Origin: a virus | Length of the DNA stretch: 64,000 nucleotides | Strand: one strand, 5' to 3' | Virus record (IMG/VR): IMGVR_UViG_3300010403_000001 | Location: 1-64,000 of that record | In this document: positions 17,556-27,318 of the stretch, one piece after another | Layout: every line of letters begins with the position of its first letter | Numbering within the stretch: position 1 is the stretch's first letter | Notes under the pieces: model-generated | Seen by the model: only the letters and a program-made list of their open reading frames with translations | Database searches by the model: none | Told to the model about the DNA's origin: nothing | Made by a program: the position numbers and the translations under genes

Positions 17556-20500
17556 TAGCAGCTACAGCCGCACCGGCAGTTGCTGGAACTGCAGCTAATC
17601 CAGTAGTTACCTTCTGATAGTTTTTGACCGGATTTCCTTTATATGCAATCAAGCGTCTGAAATAATTTGAATGCAGCGGTTCCTTGGTGGCCTCACGCAA
17701 TGCTTCTCTTTCATTATATCCCCTGAATCGTAAATCCTGGAGATGAGCACTGAGGACCTTTTGTCCCTTCTTGAGTTCTTTTACCACTTCAGGATTCTTT
17801 CTGCCGCGCCATTCACTAACAGCTTCCTTATGCCAGGAATCCAATGCCGAAGCGGGCGAATGCCTGAAAGCCGAATAATGCTCCAGGACGTGAGGATGTA
17901 TACCTGATTTAGGACTTCCAACATCCCAGATCTTTGGGGATTTACCAATAAGCCATTTGACGGGAGCGGATTCAGGATGACGCAATGCCGAACCGGTAAG
18001 CTTCCCAGTAATACCTTGGTTAAGAATATGTTGAGACGCTTCCAGATAATCAGCGACCTGCTTCCCATAGTTCGTTGGATTACCGGCTAATTTATCGATA
18101 CGCGATCGAAGTCCGATCCTGGCAAATTTACCAGCTCCTCTATACAAAGGAATCCCAGCTGCAGCTACTGCTAAACCCGCAGCCACATTGTGTTTTCTCT
18201 TAGGTTCCTGGAATCGAATCTCTTCCAATCTGGAACTTAATTCTTCCTTAGAGATTTTACCCTGAGCAACCTTTTTAAAGAAATCCTTTTCCTTCGCCTC
18301 GCCTACTTCCTTTTCTATCTGGGCCGGAGTCTTCATCTTACCAGTCACAGGATTGAATTTACTGTGTTCGTACTTAGGTGGAGTTGTCAGAGGCTTATCA
18401 CGCCACCTGGACAATTCTTCTCTGGCACCATGGAAGAACCCGCCAACTTTACCCAGCCCTGGAACATCCTTAGCATATGATCCACGCTTAAAACCTTCCA
18501 TGAGTTGCCCAATACGGCTTTGAGGATGTGCTTGCTTGGCCCAGTTAATAACTCCTCTACCACCCTTGATTGTGGCTATCAGTCCAGCAGTAGTGAGGGC
18601 TCCGGCCACCCATGGCTTTTCCCATTCGTTCTTTCGTGGACGACCGCGTGGATCAATGTTGGGTAGACCCTGACGCTTGAGATTAACATCCCTGAGCAAT
18701 CGATGTGTTCGGCCGGCATACTTTTTGACTTTCTGGGCCTGTCCGATAGTGCTGTAAGTTCTTCCGTACAGTTTCTTATGCGCCCATTCCTGCAGCCAAT
18801 CTGGACCCAGGTCGTCTGGGTCATCTGGCCTGACATCGAATTTCACCAGTTTAATCCGTGAGAGAAATGCATGTTTGGCTAGCTTCTTAAGTCCGTATCC
18901 AGCTAGAATAGTACCGCCAATAACTTCCGGAGCGAGCTCAACTCGTTTACCTCGCCAACTTCGTTCACCGAATTGATCTCTTGTAGTTTTGCCATACAGC
19001 CGAGCAGCCTTCTGGGTTGCTAAACCGATACCAGCACCAGCCAAAGTAGATTTAATTAATTTGGATGGTTTTCTTGCTGCCAGGGCACCGATACCAGCTC
19101 CGATTAATGTCGTGTGCCCATACAATCGGTCGGCTCGATCGATATCTCGTTCATGAATCTGCTTCATGTATCGATCACGAGCCACTATTTGGCGCTGACT
19201 CTGGAATTGAGTTAATTGCGATTCAGGAAGTAAGCCCTTCTGTTCAGCTTCCATTTCTTCTCGCTTTCTACGTTTGTTCTTTCTATGAGTGTATATCTTC
19301 TCGTATATCAATGGCAATGCAGCAACTCCACCGGCAACCGCCAGATCAGACTTAAGCCCAAACTGGATCAGTCTTTGCCTGGATGACATTTGTTGTTTCC
19401 TTCTTTTTTTCAGTTGTGCCAGAGTGAGTCCGACCAGGCCAGTCGCCGCACCTCCAACAAGACCGCCCACGGCGATTTTACGACCTATGCCGCTACCCTT
19501 AGGGGCAAACTTCTTAAAAAGAAGCTCACTGGCTGGATATGCTAATCCTCCTTCAATCGCTCCAATAGCAATGTCATGCGCTGTGTGATCCTGTGTTGTG
19601 CCAGCCAACTGAGCACGGACTTTATCCAGGGCACTGAACTGCACGTTTTGCCGACGGCCGTTATGCGGAGTAATGCCAATAGTTATGGTAGCGCGTTGCT
19701 CTCTGGGTTCTCTTGGTTTGGGTTGTCGAGGTTTATAGAGATTGAGGATCTCCCTGGCTTCATGCCGTTGATGCGCCCGTTTGTCGTAACGACCCAATGC
19801 ATATCCACCAACTGCACCACCAGCTAAAGTTCCGGCAGCGATCAATTTGAGTCTGCCGGCACGCCTGGCGCTCTCCTGCCCCAATCTTTCAGTCAGCTCA
19901 CCAGTCTGCCTTTCGTAGGTTGATTTTGCAGCAGTAACCCCTTCTTCACGTCCGAGTGTGTGACCCTTTTTGAATGCTTCCCCATGCTTAGCTGCATGTT
20001 CTGCACCAAGCTTTTCGGCCTGAGCTTTTAATGCTTCTTCTCCAAGATGTTCCCTGGTTTTTGCTTGCTCCCGTAGAGTTTTTATCACTCCAAGGTTCTT
20101 TGTATGGGTTTCTTGTAACGCTCGAAGCGCCCTCATGTCCATCGGCTTAATATCCTGGACTTTGCTACCACCAGCAGCCCTGATAAATTTCGTCCATTTC
20201 TGTCGAGCTATTTGAAATGTGGAAAATGGTTTAGCCTTTTTCCCAGCGAGTTTTTCGCTCTCAAGCCAGGTTCCAGGAATAGCTGTGGTGGATTTCGACA
20301 CACCTGTTTTCCCAGCCTGTCTGAAAACTTCCAAAGCTTCTTGCGCTTCACGCGGAATTGGAAACTTGGCAAACTGGATCTCTTTTAAGCGTGATTTCAT
20401 CTGCTGTGTTCGGCTGCGTTTGCGAGCTGCATGAATAGCCAAAGCGCCGCCGGCCAGTACTCCAGCGGCCCCGATACCAATCCCGAGTTTCCCAAGATGA

Positions 20501-21765
20501 GGGAAACCGGTTGCAGCTTCTGCTATCGGAGTTGTGAAAATCTTTCGTTCTTTCAAAATCTTCTGCTTAACCCCACTAAGTCCTGCAAACTTGCTGCGCT
20601 CGTACGTTGTATCCATGTGCCGCTTCAATTTCCGGATACGTCCAGGCGTAATTGGTTTGGTGGTTCTGCTGCCTTTTTGTAAAATATCCTGAATGCTGCT
20701 GACGCTAACCTCAGATAGCGGTGTGCCGCCATATTCATATGGTTTATCAGTGATTAATCCCATAGCTCCACGAGCCTGGGTTTTAATGTCTTCCGGACTT
20801 TTCCGAATCAGGAAATGCTGATGGATTTGTTTTTGGACTTCATGCTCTTCCTCTGGAGAGGCAGCAGATTTGAGTTGCTTATGTAATTTAGAAAGTTTGG
20901 ATTGCCAATCTCCCTGGTGTTCTTCAGCTATTTGGGTCATTCCTCTTGTGGCGATCCGGCTTAAACGTTCACCGGCATGAGTCCTGGCGGCCGTGGATGC
21001 CTCTTGTCGTTGTTTGGCGAGGCCCGATAGCCGCTTCTTGTATTCAACCATCCGTTCAGGATGAGCTCTGGCAGATTCAAGGCTGGCATTTTTGGCTCTG
21101 ATTATAGCCAGGCTTTCCCTTGCTTCCCCTGCCATGTAATCACGATGTAGCTTCATCTGACCCTGAATATGCTGCACTGTCTTTGAGCGTAATTCTCTGG
21201 GTCCAACCCTTTCTCCAGCATATTGCTCCTGAACTTCTTGCCTATGTCTCCCCCACACTTCACTTGTGGGAATTTTCTCTATCTCCGATTGGGCTCGAAC
21301 GTACTTCTTCCAATTCATCCGCTGCCGCTCGTAGACAGGAACGTCTTTAAATGTCTCGCCGGGCTTTATATCGGCTTCTTTAACCGTAGCCCACTGTTTA
21401 CCCTTGGGGGCGGAATATGGTTGAGCTTGCCCAGCAGCGAGAGGCCTTAACGCCTTAAGACGGGTCGCAGGTTTACCGAGTGGTTCTCCAGCTACCGGTT
21501 CCTTGAACCCACCTTCTACCTTCTGCCATCGGACAGGACGCCCAATGGTGTAGACCTGTTCAGGGTCCATCTTTTGGGATACTGCTTCTTTAATCTTTCG
21601 ACCGCTTACTGAAATGTTGTATTTGCTTTCCGGGGCATAAGCTGTGTGGCGTTCGCCGGCAGCGAATTTGATTTCGACGTTCAGCTTCCTGGCCAATCGC
21701 TTCAAAGCTGCAAGCGGGCGCACTTTACCTTCTGCGCGAGGCACTGATTCTGTGGTGTTGAACAC
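17518..21765 (-). CDS. Large basic polyprotein (1415 aa), probable internal head / ejection protein
   Basis: N-terminus mimics the capsid N-terminus; about 7 xxF junction motifs; several Gly/Ala-rich hydrophobic helices; lies between portal and protease. Confidence 0.65.
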   Translation of the reverse strand: MFNTTESVPRAEGKVRPLAALKRLARKLNVEIKFAAGERHTAYAPESKYNISVSGRKIKEAVSQKMDPEQVYTIGRPVRWQKVEGGFKEPVAGEPLGKPATRLKALRPLAAGQAQPYSAPKGKQWATVKEADIKPGETFKDVPVYERQRMNWKKYVRAQSEIEKIPTSEVWGRHRQEVQEQYAGERVGPRELRSKTVQHIQGQMKLHRDYMAGEARESLAIIRAKNASLESARAHPERMVEYKKRLSGLAKQRQEASTAARTHAGERLSRIATRGMTQIAEEHQGDWQSKLSKLHKQLKSAASPEEEHEVQKQIHQHFLIRKSPEDIKTQARGAMGLITDKPYEYGGTPLSEVSVSSIQDILQKGSRTTKPITPGRIRKLKRHMDTTYERSKFAGLSGVKQKILKERKIFTTPIAEAATGFPHLGKLGIGIGAAGVLAGGALAIHAARKRSRTQQMKSRLKEIQFAKFPIPREAQEALEVFRQAGKTGVSKSTTAIPGTWLESEKLAGKKAKPFSTFQIARQKWTKFIRAAGGSKVQDIKPMDMRALRALQETHTKNLGVIKTLREQAKTREHLGEEALKAQAEKLGAEHAAKHGEAFKKGHTLGREEGVTAAKSTYERQTGELTERLGQESARRAGRLKLIAAGTLAGGAVGGYALGRYDKRAHQRHEAREILNLYKPRQPKPREPREQRATITIGITPHNGRRQNVQFSALDKVRAQLAGTTQDHTAHDIAIGAIEGGLAYPASELLFKKFAPKGSGIGRKIAVGGLVGGAATGLVGLTLAQLKKRRKQQMSSRQRLIQFGLKSDLAVAGGVAALPLIYEKIYTHRKNKRRKREEMEAEQKGLLPESQLTQFQSQRQIVARDRYMKQIHERDIDRADRLYGHTTLIGAGIGALAARKPSKLIKSTLAGAGIGLATQKAARLYGKTTRDQFGERSWRGKRVELAPEVIGGTILAGYGLKKLAKHAFLSRIKLVKFDVRPDDPDDLGPDWLQEWAHKKLYGRTYSTIGQAQKVKKYAGRTHRLLRDVNLKRQGLPNIDPRGRPRKNEWEKPWVAGALTTAGLIATIKGGRGVINWAKQAHPQSRIGQLMEGFKRGSYAKDVPGLGKVGGFFHGAREELSRWRDKPLTTPPKYEHSKFNPVTGKMKTPAQIEKEVGEAKEKDFFKKVAQGKISKEELSSRLEEIRFQEPKRKHNVAAGLAVAAAGIPLYRGAGKFARIGLRSRIDKLAGNPTNYGKQVADYLEASQHILNQGITGKLTGSALRHPESAPVKWLIGKSPKIWDVGSPKSGIHPHVLEHYSAFRHSPASALDSWHKEAVSEWRGRKNPEVVKELKKGQKVLSAHLQDLRFRGYNEREALREATKEPLHSNYFRRLIAYKGNPVKNYQKVTTGLAAVPATAGAAVAATTRKDRNRVSVR

Positions 21766-21957
21766 GCCTCACCTAGGCATGTCAATCTGCCACCAAAAAT
21801 GAAAAATAACGGGATGTTCCCAAAACGAGGCTAAAAGAAAAAAATAGTATAAGAAAATCCTCGATTCAGAATGTCTGGCGATACTGTGTATTTTTAATGG
21901 AGTACACCAATCGCTGGTCAGCAAACCAACGAGAGTCGCAGACTCCATTCTGCAAAC

Positions 21958-22230
21958 ATGAAAGATAAAATGAGAAAGATGAAAGGTAATAACAATAAAG
22001 AAAAGGGCGAAGGCCACAAAGCACGATTTGCTGTTGTGGGGACATTCACAACCGTGATAGATGGAGAGAAATCCGAATTCAATCTGAATTGGGATGTTAC
22101 CCTTTCCATGGAAAACCTCGATTACGCCGTACGCGATATCGCGGGCAGCATTGCGCAAGTTGCCGGCAAGATCGCCAAGGATGGGATCAAGGGTGACGAC
22201 GGCGTCAGGCAAAAGGTAGCGGTTAGCTAA
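21958..22230 (+). CDS. Hypothetical protein
   Basis: First ORF of a plus-strand island. Confidence 0.5.
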   Translation: MKDKMRKMKGNNNKEKGEGHKARFAVVGTFTTVIDGEKSEFNLNWDVTLSMENLDYAVRDIAGSIAQVAGKIAKDGIKGDDGVRQKVAVS

Positions 22231-22524
22231 ACAACAAACCCCGCTGGCAGACCGGGTAATGTCTGCCAAACTTAAACCTGAAAACTGAAAGGAAAAAACC
22301 ATGACTGAAACAGCAAGGAAAAACAGAAGACTAAAACGAATCAAAACAACACCGTACCCAACGGAACATTTCGCAATTCGAGACTCGGCAGATCCCGATC
22401 CAACTCCAGCTCAGCAAATGATGGATCGAGACGACGATTATCAATATCGAAATGGCGCTTGGATCAACGATGTAAGTGACCGTTACGGAAGAACGTGTGA
22501 CGAATTCTAACCTGAAAGAAAAAC

Positions 22525-22788
22525 ATGGAAACTGAAACAAATAAGTATCACAAACAATTGAGCGATAAGAAATTACCGCTCACTGCAGAGGAGCTTCTTC
22601 ATATCATGCGTCCAGAGGTAGAAGAGATTCTACAAAGGCATGGATGGACAGAACCTCCCAGCCAATCACATCGGGCAGTCAAAGCTATAACCGAATGGGA
22701 GAATCCGCTCGGGAAGGATATGGCAGTGCTCCTGGATTTCCTGAAAGTGCATCGCACAGTTTGGATACTGGAAGGGAAACCAATATGA
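22525..22788 (+). CDS. Hypothetical protein
   Basis: 87 aa, coupled to the next ORF. Confidence 0.5.
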   Translation: METETNKYHKQLSDKKLPLTAEELLHIMRPEVEEILQRHGWTEPPSQSHRAVKAITEWENPLGKDMAVLLDFLKVHRTVWILEGKPI

Positions 22789-23069
22789 ACATACAGAACA
22801 TAGAGGACATAATAAAACAAGCATTCAAGATTGAACAGGATAAGAAGTTGAGGTACCCGGCCGGTACAATTATCGCTCATCAAAGCGATCGTATGGCTTA
22901 CGAGCTACTTCGTTATGAAGGTGATGAAGCGGTGGTGAGTCACAATAATATTGAGAAACGGTTCCCGGCACAAGAGATCGTAAACATAAACACCGTGAAG
23001 GATATCGTTTGCGAGATCTATACCTGCGGAAGTTATGCCCCTGATAGGCACATCATGGTCAAACTATAG
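22785..23069 (+). CDS. Hypothetical protein
   Basis: Start refined to the ATGA overlap (MNIQNIED). Confidence 0.5.
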   Translation: MNIQNIEDIIKQAFKIEQDKKLRYPAGTIIAHQSDRMAYELLRYEGDEAVVSHNNIEKRFPAQEIVNINTVKDIVCEIYTCGSYAPDRHIMVKL

Positions 23070-23074
23070 GTTAT

Positions 23075-23338
23075 ATGCCATCACTGGAAATGCACTGCCA
23101 GGACTGCGTAGAAAAGCTTGGCGAACCGTTCACATACGTCCATCAGTGGCTGGATCAGCTCTGGCCAGTCCTTGGACCGCAACATCGTGCCGTTCGGCAC
23201 AATGATACAGGCGTAGATTACATCCGGCTAAAATGGGGCGACAGGGCAGCCCAGGCGGCCGTGTTACACATCAAACTAGACGAGGATTTCGTCTACCAAA
23301 ACGGTATTTGGGTTAGGGCCAAAATGGACGCATTTTGA
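23075..23338 (+). CDS. Small His-rich protein (DUF6915-like, HD-related)
   Basis: MHC..C...VHQWLD...HRAVRHN...LHIKLD pattern. Confidence 0.55.
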   Translation: MPSLEMHCQDCVEKLGEPFTYVHQWLDQLWPVLGPQHRAVRHNDTGVDYIRLKWGDRAAQAAVLHIKLDEDFVYQNGIWVRAKMDAF

Positions 23339-23351
23339 TCATACCCTTACC

Positions 23352-23405
23352 TAGCGTAGAGGGTCCGGAAAAGGGTTAATATTACCCCTTTTCCGGACTA
23401 CGCTA
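23352..23405. promoter_or_regulatory. Operator-like palindrome, extended copy 2
   Basis: TAGCGTAG-AGG-GTCCGGAAAAGGGTTAATATTACCCCTTTTCCGGAC-TACGCTA. Confidence 0.65.
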
Positions 23406-23431
23406 AACCAATAAAAACAACCACAAACAAT

Positions 23432-23695
23432 ATGGAAACAATCACAGAAGGATTCAAAAAATTCATGAAGGAGGTCTGGCCAGCAATAAGTGCAGAATCT
23501 CGACAATATAAGGTGTGCAGAAACGTGTTTTTTGCCAGTGTGCTATGGACATTGGGGACATTAAGCGAGTCGATTAAATCCGGTGAGAAACAACCAGTAG
23601 ATGTATTACGGAAACAGCTCGAAGACTTTCTAAAACAATTAGACGCAGAGAAAGCGATCCGTGAAGACATACTCAAAGCATGGATGGGGGAATAA
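23432..23695 (+). CDS. Hypothetical protein
   Basis: 87 aa with an A/C-rich leader. Confidence 0.55.
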   Translation: METITEGFKKFMKEVWPAISAESRQYKVCRNVFFASVLWTLGTLSESIKSGEKQPVDVLRKQLEDFLKQLDAEKAIREDILKAWMGE

Positions 23696-23916
23696 TGGTA
23701 GAAATCAAAATCACCATTACCGAGGAGTCAGACGGCTGTATTCAAACTCACGTGAGTGCACATAGTATCGGCACACTCAGGGAAAGCATGATGGGGCAGG
23801 CAATGGCTAGAACCTGTGCTCATGTCGCTGAATGGATTGCGAAAAGAGTAGGTCAACCGGAGGGAGTTATCGTGGAGGACAAAATAGAAATCATTCCACT
23901 GGAGGACAAGAAATAA

Positions 23917-24240
23917 ATGCCACTAATAATAGCAAAACCTAATCGTGGCCGCAGGGATATAATGATTATCCTTGGGCCAGAAAATGTAGAGCGTATGCAG
24001 CAAAAAGATCCGTTCGAACTAATAGTTCCGCAATTGCCATTCGATGAACCAATTGGGACTATTAGAGTCAGTATTGCTACCGAGGATGAACTTAAAGAAT
24101 TCGAACAGCTCGGTAAACAAGGCAAGACCGACGAGGCCATAGAGAAGGCTACTGCTGGATGGAAATTCCGGCCAGAATTAGGGGACCACGATCGTGGACC
24201 TGAAATTTTATTCAGGAAAGACAAAAACCAACAACAATGA
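23917..24240 (+). CDS. Hypothetical protein
   Basis: 107 aa in the operon. Confidence 0.55.
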   Translation: MPLIIAKPNRGRRDIMIILGPENVERMQQKDPFELIVPQLPFDEPIGTIRVSIATEDELKEFEQLGKQGKTDEAIEKATAGWKFRPELGDHDRGPEILFRKDKNQQQ

Positions 24241-24536
24241 AAACAAAACTACCAAAAAGAATAAAAGTGAAGTTCACAGAAGAAGACCGGATCAGTGCGG
24301 GAAGATACACTGATTCAGCAAACTGTCTGATGGCCACCGCTCTAAAGCGCATGGGATATAATACTAACCGAAAGATTGGTGTATATCCAGGCATCGTCCA
24401 TATCGGACCAGGCAGGTACAGGGGCGAGGTCTATGCCCACACAGTGAAACGAAACGATATGGACTCAAAGCCGTACTACGAGGAATCCGTAGTCGGCACA
24501 ACCATCACACTGACTCGTGAACACGCCAGACGATAA
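24237..24536 (+). CDS. Paralog-family protein (CL(M/I)ATALKRMGY)
   Basis: Similar to 37325..37645. Confidence 0.65.
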   Translation: MKTKLPKRIKVKFTEEDRISAGRYTDSANCLMATALKRMGYNTNRKIGVYPGIVHIGPGRYRGEVYAHTVKRNDMDSKPYYEESVVGTTITLTREHARR

Positions 24537-24763
24537 GCTCAAGGATCGTATCGGTAAATGCCGGTGCGGTCATTCCGGGGATGCCTCGCCTAGTGATCAT
24601 GTGGATCTGACCACTCTGGGGTTCGTCCAGCGAGGTCATGGGCATTGCACCAAATGCACATGTAAACAATTCACGTGGGTGGGACTTATGGAGAAGTAAG
24701 GAGGTGATACCACATGTTCGGAATACCCATCAATCCGACACATAGGTAATGCCGAGCTTAAGT

Positions 24764-24979
24764 TCAATCCTGAAAGCTCGGCACTTCATAAACCCGCTTG
24801 CTTCCATCAGGATATGTAATCAATCCCTCACCATTGCTGCGGGTAAGGGTGGTCCAGGTCATTTGGACCAATGGATGCCAGTGGCGCTGTTCCCAGAAGA
24901 ACTTCTGCCTGTCAGGCGAGAGGGTTTCGAGTTTGCTGAGGTTTTTAAGGTATTGCTCGGTGAACGAGACGATACTCAT
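24764..24979 (-). CDS. Small protein coupled to the portal gene
   Basis: ATGA overlap with the portal stop codon. Confidence 0.5.
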   Translation of the reverse strand: MSIVSFTEQYLKNLSKLETLSPDRQKFFWEQRHWHPLVQMTWTTLTRSNGEGLITYPDGSKRVYEVPSFQD

Positions 24980-26811
24980 TTACGTGCTGGTTTCTTCTTA
25001 GATACGGATTTCGATTTTGCTCCGGACGGCCGGCTGCCGTTTCCTGGTGCTGCTGGTTTGGGATGTAGGGCTTTGATGATTCCGAGATCTGGTTCTGGGA
25101 CCATTTGTTCGGCCATGGCTTCAGGGATTCCGAACACTTTCTTTAATGTATTCTTAGCGCTGTCTGGGTCAAGTTTACCATCACCGACAGCCTTCAAGAT
25201 ATCGACAAGTTGCTTCACGCCCTTGTCACCGATTGCTTCAATTGTCCCGGGTTTCGGTGGTGGCACTGGTCCTGTGACCATTGCAGCCTTCTGTGTGGTG
25301 ATGTCCGGATACAGCATTCTGGCGAATACCTCCACCGGTACGTCGGTCTCCGCTCCGATCTGAATTGCTTCATTGGCAGTGGTTGCATTGGAAAGGAACA
25401 CCTCACGTGGGCTCTTGCCGTATTTCCCGGTTATGTCACTGACTGGAATAAGCCCGGCGCTTACGGCTGCGATATCGGCATCCATCTCATAACCCACATC
25501 GGTTTGGATGGATAGACCGAAATGCCATTCGCATTTTCTCCAAAGAGGATGCGGAGGAAGGACACCCAGAGCAATGCCTTGAGCGATTACCTTTTGGCGG
25601 ATACGGTTTAACACCTTATGCTCAAGTAGCTGCTGCCAGTATTCGATCCTCCGCAAAGCTTGCTGAACTTCAATACGGGCAGTCACTCCACCCAGGGTTG
25701 CTAGATCCCATAGGAACCCAAATGGTAAATCCAATGACACTGCCATTTTACGAATCAGGATTTGGACAAACTCCATGAATGCACCACTGGGACGAGCAGG
25801 CGGAGCAAGCATGTTGAAGACTTCGCCTTCTGCCATCCTCATGATCTTTCCCCATTCGGCCGGTTGGGTTGGTGTTCCATCTGCAGTCTTGTCCTTCCAA
25901 GCAGTAGCACCTTGGTTAGCAAATGGATCTTTGATCCCAATCAGTGCGGCCCATTGACTCTGGGTTTTGCCGGCAATCTTTTCCGATTCAATCCATTCCC
26001 TGATGTCCCTTGCGTCATTTAGTAAGCGGAGTAGTTTGGTTCGTCCGCGATATTCATCAGGGCGTTCAGGATCATGAAGGTGGATAAATGAACCAAACTC
26101 AATCTCTTGAGGCTTCAAGTACTGATTCGTTCGAGTTCTTTGAAAAATTCTATAGAACTGAATTCGACCGGTTTCTGGATCGAGCCCTACGCCTCCCACG
26201 TAATTCTCCTGAACGAGCTGCTCTAACGGTGATCCTATGCGATCTGCTTCAACAGCTTGTACACAAAACTCGCCAGTTGGAGAAAGCTCAGGAGCAATTT
26301 CAATCCAGCCATGATCCCCATCAATCAGGAAGCCCATAAATCCCATCTGGACCATCTTGAGCCATCGGCTGCGACCACTGAGATCGCAACGAACTGAACC
26401 ATCGTCATTGGGTTCATCTCCGCACCATCCGTGATAGAATGAATCGTATGCGTCGTCTATTTGCTCATCTCCAGTAAGAGATCGTGAATGGATCTTACCG
26501 CATACATACAGGGCGATCCTGGCCATCATTCCGCCAATGAATTCGAACTTTACCAGATCCCTGGCATCCCACATCGCTTTGAGACGGTCGCGGTTACTGC
26601 GCCAGGTTTCAGCAGATGCCTGAGCGAATAAACCGCCACTACCGCTTCGGCGTTCAGGGTTATCGTTGTATCCGTATGAGAATTGATGCTCGATCGTTCG
26701 AGCTTTCATCCGGACCAGTTTCTGGACTGGATCAAAGAATCCAATGACCTTGTCCCAGGCAGTAAGGCGTTGATCTGGCCTTTTGCCGTCCTCTAATTTC
26801 TTCAGATCCAT
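24976..26811 (-). CDS. Portal protein, lambda family
   Basis: 611 aa; QAVEADRI, GGVGLDPETGRIQFYRI, HLHDPERPDEYRGRT; follows a gpW-like gene. Confidence 0.9.
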   Translation of the reverse strand: MDLKKLEDGKRPDQRLTAWDKVIGFFDPVQKLVRMKARTIEHQFSYGYNDNPERRSGSGGLFAQASAETWRSNRDRLKAMWDARDLVKFEFIGGMMARIALYVCGKIHSRSLTGDEQIDDAYDSFYHGWCGDEPNDDGSVRCDLSGRSRWLKMVQMGFMGFLIDGDHGWIEIAPELSPTGEFCVQAVEADRIGSPLEQLVQENYVGGVGLDPETGRIQFYRIFQRTRTNQYLKPQEIEFGSFIHLHDPERPDEYRGRTKLLRLLNDARDIREWIESEKIAGKTQSQWAALIGIKDPFANQGATAWKDKTADGTPTQPAEWGKIMRMAEGEVFNMLAPPARPSGAFMEFVQILIRKMAVSLDLPFGFLWDLATLGGVTARIEVQQALRRIEYWQQLLEHKVLNRIRQKVIAQGIALGVLPPHPLWRKCEWHFGLSIQTDVGYEMDADIAAVSAGLIPVSDITGKYGKSPREVFLSNATTANEAIQIGAETDVPVEVFARMLYPDITTQKAAMVTGPVPPPKPGTIEAIGDKGVKQLVDILKAVGDGKLDPDSAKNTLKKVFGIPEAMAEQMVPEPDLGIIKALHPKPAAPGNGSRPSGAKSKSVSKKKPARK

Positions 26812-27107
26812 TAGTAGGTCAGCTGGTCAGTAGTTCCTGCAGGTTGCCCTTGCTGAATACCTGCACCCTGACTAAAGTCAGTCAAAATTGTTCCCTCGTA
26901 TGGAGTAGTGCGTTCATTGAGAACAAATACTACAGCGCTTAATTGCGAGGAAAGCTCCCGCAGATCGCGGGTGTATGATTTTCCGCCAACCGTCTGGCTG
27001 GTGAATGTTCCGAGCGCAAGAATAGATGCCTTGAGCTTATCACGCAAAGCTTGCAATTCTTCCGTCGTGTAGCTACGAAAGACAAGAAGCCAATTACCAT
27101 CCGCCAT
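26811..27107 (-). CDS. Head completion / adaptor (gpW-like)
   Basis: SQTVGGKSYTRDLRELSSQL, directly upstream of the portal. Confidence 0.7.
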   Translation of the reverse strand: MADGNWLLVFRSYTTEELQALRDKLKASILALGTFTSQTVGGKSYTRDLRELSSQLSAVVFVLNERTTPYEGTILTDFSQGAGIQQGQPAGTTDQLTY

Positions 27108-27318
27108 TTAAATTTACCAAAATGTCAACGAAACAGAAAGGATACCAACCATGAAGATAAAGCAGTTCTGGGCGAAGATTCGGTCAGTGCTGCGCAGAAA
27201 GCAGAAGAAGGAGCGAATCGGTATGAGATTTCCTCTCGATCGATTCCTCAAACTGAAAACAGACAGAGAAACCAGACAGAGAAAGTGAATAAACAAACCA
27301 ACTGAAAGGAAATACACA

